In this document: positions 25,020 through 32,000 of the stretch, piece by piece | Layout: each line of letters starts with the position of its first letter | Position numbering within the stretch: the first letter of the stretch is position 1 | Assembly (NCBI RefSeq): GCF_008629685.1 | Contig: NZ_VWSF01000029.1 | Location: forward strand, 26,687 to 58,686 | Reading direction: 5' to 3' | From: Adhaeribacter rhizoryzae | GTDB lineage: Bacteria; Bacteroidota; Bacteroidia; Cytophagales; Hymenobacteraceae | DNA length: 32,000 nucleotides | Made by a program: the position numbers and the translations under genes | The notes under the pieces: model-generated | Database searches by the model: none | What the model saw: the letters and a program-made list of their open reading frames with translations, nothing else | Told to the model about the DNA's origin: nothing

Positions 25020-26290
25020 GATTTCCAAGTGTTTAAACGGGTACTGGGCTGGTTATCCAATACATTTTCGGGGGTCAGTACCGGTGCTACCTTTTCTATC
25101 AGTTCCAACAAATCAATAAACAAACTGCGCAGCAACACCACCGAAGTTGGAATATCTTCGAGCAAGTAAGAAAATAATCTTACCGGTTTATGCGCTACAT
25201 CGCCCGTTCCGTCGTGGTTTAGGTCGTAGCCAGTATAGCTGCTCCAGTAATTACCTCGGAAAATATTGTTGCTGTTATAATTGGTACTGGTACTGATTTC
25301 GAAAGTATTGCCGATAAAATTATTCTCTTCAAAGGTCAGGTCTTCGCTGCTGCCCAAGAGGCGCACGGCCCAGCCATTATTCCGGAATTCATTATTTTTC
25401 AGGTACAGCCGCGTAGAGCCTTCGGCGTAAATGCCGGTAGTGTTTTGCCGGAAAATATTGCGTTCGATGCGGCTGTCCACGATATCTTTCAGCAGAATGC
25501 CGTAGGCGGCCGCGCCCCAGTTCTGCTCAAATAAATTATCTGTCATGATAATATTGCGGGAATACATCACGGCAATACCCGAACCGTTCCGGATAAATTT
25601 ATTACGCTGGTAGCTATTATTATCCGAGAACATAAAGTGCAAACCGTAACGCAAGTTGTTCTGGCTAACATTACCAGTGATGGTGCTATTGCTGGAACTC
25701 TCCAGATAAATGCCGTCGCGGTGGCCCGAAACTTTATTATCGGCTACAGTTATGTTCTCCGTGCGGTATAAGTGAATGGCATTACCGGAAGTTGATTCCT
25801 GTTTAGCATTGCCCCGGATATAATTATGGCGTACAGTGCAGCTATCGGTTTGCTCCAGGTACACGCCATAATAACAATTTAATATGGTATTATTCCGAAC
25901 GGTTATGTGGCCGCCGCCGCGTACCCGCACTGCGGCGTAATTTTTAGTAAAGCTTTCTTCTACGTTTTGGAGGGTAAGGCCAGCGATTAACACGTTTTGC
26001 GCCATCACGGAAAAAATACCCTTTTTAAAACCGGCATCTATGACGGGGTTTTGCCGCCCTATAATGGTAAGCGGTTTATTTATTTCAATGTCATTTTCGT
26101 GGTATATTCCGGAAGCAATTAAGATGGTATCGTAAGATTGCGCCAGCCGTACTGCTTCTTTTACCGACCGAATTTCACCAGTAGGGCTCACGGGTAAGGT
26201 TTTTGCTTGAACCACCTGCCCAGCCAGCAACAGCACCACTGACAAAGCGGTCTTTAAAATAAATCTGCTGGTTTGAAAGATTGCGGCCAT
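25016..26290 (-). CDS. nosD: Periplasmic right-handed beta-helix protein NosD (N2O reductase maturation)
   Basis: A signal peptide is followed by many parallel-beta-helix repeats (N.I..N...GIYL..S..N.I..N). It sits between nosL and nosF. Confidence 0.9.
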   Translation of the reverse strand: MAAIFQTSRFILKTALSVVLLLAGQVVQAKTLPVSPTGEIRSVKEAVRLAQSYDTILIASGIYHENDIEINKPLTIIGRQNPVIDAGFKKGIFSVMAQNVLIAGLTLQNVEESFTKNYAAVRVRGGGHITVRNNTILNCYYGVYLEQTDSCTVRHNYIRGNAKQESTSGNAIHLYRTENITVADNKVSGHRDGIYLESSSNSTITGNVSQNNLRYGLHFMFSDNNSYQRNKFIRNGSGIAVMYSRNIIMTDNLFEQNWGAAAYGILLKDIVDSRIERNIFRQNTTGIYAEGSTRLYLKNNEFRNNGWAVRLLGSSEDLTFEENNFIGNTFEISTSTNYNSNNIFRGNYWSSYTGYDLNHDGTGDVAHKPVRLFSYLLEDIPTSVVLLRSLFIDLLELIEKVAPVLTPENVLDNQPSTRLNTWKS

Positions 26291-26356
26291 TTTACTATTA
26301 ATATATTTTACTGCTGCGCCTATTCAGGATAAAGAAAATGTTGTTTTAATTTGTGT

Positions 26357-27400
26357 TTACATTTGCTTTGCGTAGTCGGCGGCTAAATGCAATACATCGG
26401 GCCAGCGTAGGAGATTACCGTCTTTTTCCCGGGCGGTTGCGGTGGCGGTTTTCTGGTCGGCAAAGGCCGTCAGGTTTAAGCCCATGGGGCTGGGCTGCTG
26501 TTCGCTTTGCAGGAATGTGGCTTCGGCAGCATTTACAAACTCGCCCGGACGGGTATAATCCGTTACCAGTAACAACGCGGGGTCAATTTCTTTTTGTTCG
26601 TTAACATAAGCGGCCAGGCATTCGGCCGAATCAAATTTAAAAGCTTTACCTTTTTTAGTTACTAACTCGGCGCCATAGCGGTTATCCGAAATGGTCATGC
26701 GGCAATGGTCGCAGTTATCGGTGCCATAAGCAATTGGTTGGGGCTCGGCGGTACAGGAAAACAGCAAAAGGCTGGTGGCAACCGCGCCTATCTTGCTAAT
26801 TGTGGGTAGCGACAAAGGTGCGTAGTTCGTTTCTTTTTTGTAGGAAAAGTAGATGGCTAGGCAAAGTGCCATTACAGCTAATCCGAAGAAGTACCCGCCT
26901 AAATCGGGGAAAGAAGTGGCGGTAATATTTAGTAAGGTTTTAACCCCTAAAAAAGGTGGGGAATAAGTCATGCCGGGTACCACTATGGGAGCCTGTGGAT
27001 CTAGATTATTACCGAATTCCTGAATCCAGTAGTAAAAATCGGCTAATCCTACCGCCCCGGATAATATTAAGATAAAGGTATAAGCCACCAGCGCTTTCCG
27101 GTTGCGCCAAACCATAACCCCAACACTTAAAAGAATTAAACCCAGCAGTACAAAGGGCATAATATTCAGTTCGGTAAAAGAAGCGGGGGTAATGGCGGCC
27201 ATGCCTACGTAATGGTTCAGGATATTAATATTTTGTAAGGTAAATTCGTCGGTGCCGGTAATCTGGTGTATCCAGATGTACATATCGAGTCCGCCGGGAT
27301 ATTGCGGTGCCTCAAGGCGAATGTGCCACAGCGGCACAAAAAATATAGCCGCTAAAAAAGCACTGCTTAACAGTAATAAAAAGAGGGAGGTCTTTTTCAT
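26357..27400 (-). CDS. nosL: Fusion of a 4-TM membrane domain (nosB-like position) with the copper chaperone NosL
   Basis: The C-terminal ~130 aa carry NosL motifs (YGTDNCDHCRMTISDNRYGAELVTKKGKAFKFDSAECL). An internal lipoprotein-signal-like segment, VATSLLLFSCTAEPQP, precedes them. The N-terminal ~215 aa have 4 hydrophobic helices. The preferred start is the ATG at 27400 (MKKTSLFLLLL); the ORF is open to 27445. Confidence 0.8.
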   Translation of the reverse strand: MKKTSLFLLLLSSAFLAAIFFVPLWHIRLEAPQYPGGLDMYIWIHQITGTDEFTLQNINILNHYVGMAAITPASFTELNIMPFVLLGLILLSVGVMVWRNRKALVAYTFILILSGAVGLADFYYWIQEFGNNLDPQAPIVVPGMTYSPPFLGVKTLLNITATSFPDLGGYFFGLAVMALCLAIYFSYKKETNYAPLSLPTISKIGAVATSLLLFSCTAEPQPIAYGTDNCDHCRMTISDNRYGAELVTKKGKAFKFDSAECLAAYVNEQKEIDPALLLVTDYTRPGEFVNAAEATFLQSEQQPSPMGLNLTAFADQKTATATAREKDGNLLRWPDVLHLAADYAKQM

Positions 27401-27475
27401 GGCCTTGGTTTTTAGTTTTAGGTACCCGGATTGCTTTATTAACAATCCGGGTAGCCTGTTACAAAATTTGTTTAC

Positions 27476-29482
27476 TTAGATAGCGGGCTTCTTTTTCTCG
27501 CCCAGCCAAAATTTAATTGGGGTGTTGGTACCTTTAGGAGAAACCCTAGCGTAACCCTGCATTTCCTGGTGTAAAGCCGAGCAGAAGTCGGTGCAGTAGA
27601 ATGGGGTTACCCCGCTTTTGGTAGGAACCCATTTCAGGGTTCTGGTTTGGCCCGGCATTACCAGCAACTCGGCGTTTTGGTTACCCATCACGGCAAAGCC
27701 GTGCGGTACGTCCCAGTCTTGCTCCAGGTTGGTTACGTGGAAGTAAACCTCATCTCCTACCTGGATACCTTCAATGTTATCAGGAGCTAAGTGGCTCCGG
27801 ATAGCGGTCATGTACACGTGTACCTGGTTGCCTTTGCGTTCCACGCGCGCATCAGCCTCTTTTGTAGTAGCATGCGGGTGTTTATTTTCGTCGAGGCGGT
27901 AGAATTTTTTAGAATTTTTAGAGACTACATCGGCTTTAATGGCTTGGGCGTAGTGCGGTTCACCAAAGGTTGGGAAGTCGAGCAGCATTTTCATTTTATC
28001 GCCGCTAATATCAATTAACTGCGCGGTTTGGGCCAGTTCCGGACCGGTAGGCAAATAACGGTCTTTGGTAATTTTGTTCATGGCCAGCAAATATTTACCA
28101 TCAGGGTTCTGGGTGTCGCCACCCGGTATCATTAAGTGACCAATAGAGTAATACACTGGTATCCGGTCCAACACTTCACGGGATTTAACATTCCATTTTA
28201 CGACTTCCGAAGACACGAACATAGAGGTATACGCATTGCCTTTGTTGTCGAACTCGGTGTGCAACGGACCTAAACCTGGTTTCTGTACTTCGCCGGCCAG
28301 CACGCTTTCGTATTTCAGGACTGGTATGCCATTGATGTCTTTGTCGAAAGATTTATTCTTGATGGCTTCTAACATTTTGGTATAAGAGTGCACCGGAATA
28401 ACAGCGGCCAGTTTTCCGCTTACCACAATATTTTCGCCGGTAGGGTCTACGTCCACACCGTGCGGCGATTTAGGCACCGGTATCAAATACATCATGCCGG
28501 GGCAATCTTCGGGCAATAATACCCGTACGCTTTTCATTTGGGTTGAAACGGCGGTATGCGTTTTTTCATCCATCCGGTTGTGGTAGTAATTGGCCGGAAT
28601 TTCGCGGGCTTTACCCTGGCGGGCGTATTCGGCGGCTTTTTTCCAGTTAATAGCAGCCAGGTAGTCTTTGTCGTTCTGCGAAGCTCCAATTTCTTTCAGT
28701 GTACCGGCTTTTTCGGTGTTATAAGAAGTAAAGAACATCCAATCCGCCGACGGGCCTTTACCCCCGTTGGCTAAGTCGAAGTCGAAGCCCGGCACCAGAA
28801 TCTGGAAGTCAATATCCATTTCGCCAGATTCTTTATTTACTTTAATAAAAGAAAGTGAAGCCCGGAATTTATCTTTATAGGTATCGAGCGGCACGTCCTG
28901 AATACCACTGCCGTCGGTGGCTATCGGCACCGCAAAGCGGGTACCGGCTACTACGTACTCGTTGTTATCGGTGGGGTATGGCGAGCAGTGCTGACCGGCG
29001 CTATTGGGTATTTCTATGATTTCGGCAGTTTCGAAAGTGCTCAGGTCTACCCGCGCAATGCGGGGCGTATTGTTACCATTCACAAATAGCCAGCGGCCAT
29101 CGGGTTTGCCGTTGGTGCGCGACAATTTAGGGTGGTGCAAATCATCCCACGGAATCTGACCGAAAGATGTTTGCAGCATGGGTTTGGTTTCTTCGTTGTA
29201 GCCGTAGCCGTTTTCCGGGTTTTGCGAAAATACCGGAATTACTTTTAACAGACGGCCGGAAGGCAAGCCGTATACGTCTACCTGGCCGTTAAAACCGCCG
29301 GAGAGGTATGCATAATATTCATCGTGCTTGCCCGGGGCAACGTAAACTTTTTTGGCGGCCTCCCCGTCGGCCGAAATTGCCGAATCGTTACTCAGGGCTG
29401 ATTTCTGACAATTGGTTAGGGCAAGTGCTCCCAACAGCAGGCAACCGGCACCGGTTAAGGCAGATGTAGTTAAGGTTTTCAT
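27476..29482 (-). CDS. nosZ: Nitrous-oxide reductase NosZ, clade II (Sec/lipoprotein-type signal)
   Basis: 668 aa. The N-terminus MKTLTTSALTGAGCLLLGALALTNC has no twin-arginine. A CuZ-region His pair is present (WDDLHHP). The C-terminal CuA motif is CTDFCSALHQEM. Confidence 0.95.
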   Translation of the reverse strand: MKTLTTSALTGAGCLLLGALALTNCQKSALSNDSAISADGEAAKKVYVAPGKHDEYYAYLSGGFNGQVDVYGLPSGRLLKVIPVFSQNPENGYGYNEETKPMLQTSFGQIPWDDLHHPKLSRTNGKPDGRWLFVNGNNTPRIARVDLSTFETAEIIEIPNSAGQHCSPYPTDNNEYVVAGTRFAVPIATDGSGIQDVPLDTYKDKFRASLSFIKVNKESGEMDIDFQILVPGFDFDLANGGKGPSADWMFFTSYNTEKAGTLKEIGASQNDKDYLAAINWKKAAEYARQGKAREIPANYYHNRMDEKTHTAVSTQMKSVRVLLPEDCPGMMYLIPVPKSPHGVDVDPTGENIVVSGKLAAVIPVHSYTKMLEAIKNKSFDKDINGIPVLKYESVLAGEVQKPGLGPLHTEFDNKGNAYTSMFVSSEVVKWNVKSREVLDRIPVYYSIGHLMIPGGDTQNPDGKYLLAMNKITKDRYLPTGPELAQTAQLIDISGDKMKMLLDFPTFGEPHYAQAIKADVVSKNSKKFYRLDENKHPHATTKEADARVERKGNQVHVYMTAIRSHLAPDNIEGIQVGDEVYFHVTNLEQDWDVPHGFAVMGNQNAELLVMPGQTRTLKWVPTKSGVTPFYCTDFCSALHQEMQGYARVSPKGTNTPIKFWLGEKKKPAI

Positions 29483-29506
29483 GATGTTTTAAATATGAGT
29501 TAAGCT

Positions 29507-30028
29507 TTACTTTTTCGTTTGGGTTCGAAAATATTCCAGCACTGCCCGCGCTTCTTCTTCGGTTAAGTTTTGGTTAGGCATCTGGGTCATAAATTCGCCG
29601 AGCAGTTCTTTAGCAGTTGGGTCTTGCTGTACCATTTCCTCTGGGTTTAGGACCATGTTCATCACCCACTCGGGCTTACGGCGTTCGGTTACGCCGGCTA
29701 AATCCGGACCAACATAACGATCGCCAAATTTGTGGCAGGCAGTACATTTGCTTTCAAAAACCGCTTTTCCTTTGTCGGCCAGCGCCTGGTCGATACCGGT
29801 GCCCAGGTCTACGGTTTTAACTGGTCCTACCCCTTTGCCTTCGTCAGCAGCTGGTGCATTTGCAGTAGCTGCTGGGCTTTCAGTGGATGCGCTTTCCTGG
29901 TCGTTCTGAGCATTGTTTTCATTGCCTCCGGAAGAACAACTCACTAAAAAGAAACAACCAAGGGCAAACCCCAGCGGTAGGCATTTTTTCCGGAATAGAT
30001 TCTGATGATTTAGAATGTGTTTTTTCAT
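29507..30028 (-). CDS. Lipoprotein mono-heme c-type cytochrome, likely electron donor to NosZ
   Basis: A signal plus lipobox (FFLVSCSSGG), a low-complexity Ala/Glu/Asn linker, a single CTACH heme site and a distal Met region (FMTQMPNQN). It is the first gene of the nos operon. Confidence 0.85.
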   Translation of the reverse strand: MKKHILNHQNLFRKKCLPLGFALGCFFLVSCSSGGNENNAQNDQESASTESPAATANAPAADEGKGVGPVKTVDLGTGIDQALADKGKAVFESKCTACHKFGDRYVGPDLAGVTERRKPEWVMNMVLNPEEMVQQDPTAKELLGEFMTQMPNQNLTEEEARAVLEYFRTQTKK

Positions 30029-30083
30029 CTTTTTTTGACTTTAAGTAGCCAAGAGCCTCAACATTTACCCATTGGTTACAGAA

Positions 30084-30091
30084 CAAAAGTA
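30084..30091 (-). promoter_or_regulatory. Candidate Bacteroidota -7 promoter element (TAnnTTTG) for the nos operon
   Basis: The minus strand reads TACTTTTG, 56 nt upstream of the cytochrome c ATG. A TTG lies about 16 nt further upstream. The match was made by eye only. Confidence 0.3.
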
Positions 30092-30134
30092 AGTTTCATT
30101 ATAAAAACAATAAAAGACATTAATCTCTTTTATT

Positions 30135-30150
30135 AATGATAAATATCATT
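30135..30150. promoter_or_regulatory. 16-bp palindrome AATGATA-AA-TATCATT (FNR-like TGAT-N4-ATCA core) in the divergent nos intergenic region
   Basis: Perfect 7-2-7 inverted repeat. It overlaps a second inverted repeat, CATTAAT-N7-ATTAATG (30118-30138). It sits between the nos operon and the divergent 30214/30699 gene pair. Confidence 0.45.
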
Positions 30151-30213
30151 TTTTTAAAAGCTTAAGGACGGGAATTTTGAAGCATACAGGAGATGCCAAA
30201 CACCTGTTTCCGA

Positions 30214-30579
30214 ATGAAAAGCTTTGTTTATATATTATTAAGTGTGTGTATTTTGGCGCAGGCCAGCAGCAAAAGTATTTTGCTGTTACACTACCGCTTA
30301 AACAAAGAAGCAATTGCAGCCCGATATTGTATTAATAAAAGTAAACCGGAGAAGAACTGTGCGGGCAGCTGCCAATTGCACAAAAACCTGAAAGACACCA
30401 AAGAAGCACCAATCCCATTTGGCGGGAGTACAAAAGAAACTACCGGAACTACTTTGTTTTGTCAGGCACTTACCTGCATTAGCTTCAATCTTTTTCCAGC
30501 TTATAGCGCTCACCTAAGCCACTACCTGGAATTTAAGCTTTTTGCTTTTAAAGCAAAGTTTCTTCACCCGCCCAATTAG
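30214..30579 (+). CDS. Hypothetical secreted protein with a Cys motif
   Basis: The ATG at 30214 gives a signal-peptide-like start, MKSFVYILLSVCILAQA (ORF open from 30193). The motif YCINKSKPEKNCAGSCQLHKNLK has 3 spaced Cys. No family was recognised with confidence. Confidence 0.55.
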   Translation: MKSFVYILLSVCILAQASSKSILLLHYRLNKEAIAARYCINKSKPEKNCAGSCQLHKNLKDTKEAPIPFGGSTKETTGTTLFCQALTCISFNLFPAYSAHLSHYLEFKLFAFKAKFLHPPN

Positions 30580-30698
30580 AAATACGCTTTCAACCGTTGG
30601 TAATCAGTTTTTTCTGATTATGAGAATTATTAGGGTGCAGCGGGCCTGCTCTTTCAGACTAGCATTGCTCAAAACATGAATATTTTAATTTAAAAAAG

Positions 30699-31637
30699 AT
30701 GAAAAAGCTTTTACTTGCCGTTTCCTTGTTGTCAGGATTAACATTCGGCAATACTATTACCGCTAAAGCCTGTGATAAAAGTTGTACCATGGGTGGTCAT
30801 TATATAGGCGTATTACCCCAAATACAGAAAAATTTTATAGGGGTCCGGTTTAATACCCGGCAATACACATTTACCCAAACCCATACCCATGTGCACGAGG
30901 GTATGGTTCACGAACACCAGGAAGTTACAAAAGAAAGCTATAATACTTATGAAGTCTGGGGTCGCTTTTATCCGGCCAAACGAATTCAAGCTTTTGTTTT
31001 TGTACCGTATATTTTTAACATCCAAACCCAAAATACGGCTGCCCTCTCCCAGCAAGGCTTGGGAGACATAACCCTACTGGCAAATTATGCGGTTTTAAAT
31101 TATAGTAGTTTCAACTCTTCAAATTTAAAACAAACCTTATTAATTGGCGGAGGCGTTAAACTACCCACCGGCGTTTATAAAGCCCATAATACCGCAGAAA
31201 TAGTAGCGCCGAGCCTGCTGCCCGGCACCGGGAGCGTAGATTATCTGGTTAACGGCTCTTATACTTTGCGCTACAAGAAAGTTGGGGTAAACACAGATTT
31301 TACTTACCGGATTAATTCAGAGTCAAGAAACGGATACCAGTTTGGAAATCGCTATAATGGTTCGGCTAATATATTCTACTGGTATGAGGCGGGTAAACTG
31401 GCTATTTTACCCAGTACTGGTCTGTATTTCGAAAAAGCCAATCCAGATTCTTTTAACGACGATACGCATACTCAAATGGGAGGAGAAGGTCTGTTTGCTA
31501 ATGTTGGGTTAAGCTTTTACTATAAAAGCGTTGCCCTCGGCGGCACTATCCAAAAATCTATGGGTCAGCACCACCAGGCAACCCATGTAACGGAAAACAA
31601 CAGCAGACCATCTCTTTATTTTAGTGTTATGTTTTAA
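30699..31637 (+). CDS. Outer-membrane beta-barrel protein (MetA-pathway/transporter-like OMP) with a His-rich N-terminal segment
   Basis: It has a signal peptide, alternating amphipathic strands, and a C-terminal aromatic residue (YFSVMF). The His-rich stretch THTHVHEGMVHEHQE covers aa 61-75. Confidence 0.7.
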   Translation: MKKLLLAVSLLSGLTFGNTITAKACDKSCTMGGHYIGVLPQIQKNFIGVRFNTRQYTFTQTHTHVHEGMVHEHQEVTKESYNTYEVWGRFYPAKRIQAFVFVPYIFNIQTQNTAALSQQGLGDITLLANYAVLNYSSFNSSNLKQTLLIGGGVKLPTGVYKAHNTAEIVAPSLLPGTGSVDYLVNGSYTLRYKKVGVNTDFTYRINSESRNGYQFGNRYNGSANIFYWYEAGKLAILPSTGLYFEKANPDSFNDDTHTQMGGEGLFANVGLSFYYKSVALGGTIQKSMGQHHQATHVTENNSRPSLYFSVMF

Positions 31638-32000
31638 GTAATAAACCTAAGTACTCGTACTAAATATTTGGGCTTTACCATGGAAGTATAAACAGGCGGT
31701 GAAGCGCTACAGAATTTCGCTTTAAAAATAATAAGCCGCAGATGCAACACAAAAGCATAAACAATGATTAAAATTAAGGCCCAGGTTTCTTTGGGGTCCC
31801 AGGCCCAGGAACGGCCCCAGCTTTCGTTGACCCATCCGCCGCCTAAAAAAGTGCCATCCGTTAGTAAAAACAGACTGATGGTAATGGACAACTCATTTAC
31901 AATATTCAGTTCCTGCATACTATTCCACCACTGCGCTTGAGACGTGGCCGGCTTAAACATGAGTAACAGTAAACTGAGCAAAGCGAGAATAGCGGCAAAG
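31634..32000 (-). CDS. ccsA: Cytochrome c biogenesis protein CcsA/ResC-like, 5'-partial (runs off right edge), with an atypical short C-terminus
   Basis: The Trp-rich heme-handling motif WGRSWAWDPKETWALILIIVYAFVLHLR is present. The frame stays open to base 32000. The stop overlaps the convergent OMP gene by 4 nt. Confidence 0.7.
   Translation of the reverse strand, partial: FAAILALLSLLLLMFKPATSQAQWWNSMQELNIVNELSITISLFLLTDGTFLGGGWVNESWGRSWAWDPKETWALILIIVYAFVLHLRLIIFKAKFCSASPPVYTSMVKPKYLVRVLRFIT

Noticed and set aside
24901-25119. Plus-strand ORF across the nosD/nosF junction, and the TTG-initiated 25028 start for nosF
   Set aside because: The plus-strand ORF is antisense to two strongly supported genes. 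For nosF, the ATG at 25019 gives the classic ATGA stop-start overlap with nosD and a normal MIEIKNITKAF N-terminus.
26353-26604. 83-aa plus-strand ORF (Arg/Trp-rich) opposite nosL
   Set aside because: It is antisense to the NosL domain, which carries clear family motifs, and has typical shadow-ORF composition.
1-32000. Search by eye for CRISPR arrays, tRNA or rRNA genes, riboswitch-like structured leaders (e.g. Moco riboswitch near the Mo-enzyme and moeB genes) and selenocysteine recoding in the Mo subunit
   Set aside because: I saw no regularly spaced direct repeats and no cloverleaf-like or rRNA-like segments. The leaders are AT-rich with little GC-paired structure. The Mo-ligand position is a normal Cys codon with no in-frame TGA. 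Without a covariance-model scan, absence is not proven.

Overview
The window looks like a Bacteroidota chromosomal segment. Evidence: a surface protein with a T9SS tail, a clade II NosZ with a Sec/lipoprotein signal, and almost no Shine-Dalgarno sites. About 26 kb (5.9-31.6 kb) is a nitrogen-oxide respiration and defence island. From left to right: (1) a partial T9SS/SprB-repeat surface protein and three poorly characterised genes. (2) A decayed junction holding a frameshifted outer-membrane beta-barrel remnant and an internally deleted IS3-family element. (3) A minus-strand NO-stress cluster: RIC/ScdA fused to DUF2249, a hemerythrin, DUF1858 plus two DUF2249 domains, a 12-TM protein with a three-fold internal repeat, DUF59, and an Rrf2 regulator, all next to a quinol-dependent NO reductase (qNOR). 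(4) A heavily frameshifted hemerythrin paralog. (5) A NarK-type MFS transporter carrying an extra ~88-aa loop domain. (6) A five-gene minus-strand operon: NarI-like membrane protein, Nas/Nap-like molybdopterin subunit without a signal peptide, 4-cluster ferredoxin, bc-type Rieske protein with a twin-arginine anchor, and a 2-TM peptide. I consider this the most interesting candidate, a non-canonical and possibly undescribed nitrate-reductase-type complex. (7) A divergent MoeB/ThiF-rhodanese protein with atypical active-site residues. (8) A clade II nos operon: cytochrome c, nosZ, a 4-TM domain fused to nosL, nosD, nosF, nosY. (9) A divergently transcribed Cys-motif protein and a His-rich beta-barrel OMP. 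(10) The 3' part of a ccsA-like gene whose C-terminus looks replaced. An FNR-like box (AATGAT-N4-ATCAyT) lies upstream of both norB and the nos operon. I found no nirK/nirS, tRNA, rRNA or CRISPR array. All family assignments come from reading motifs by eye; no searches were run.
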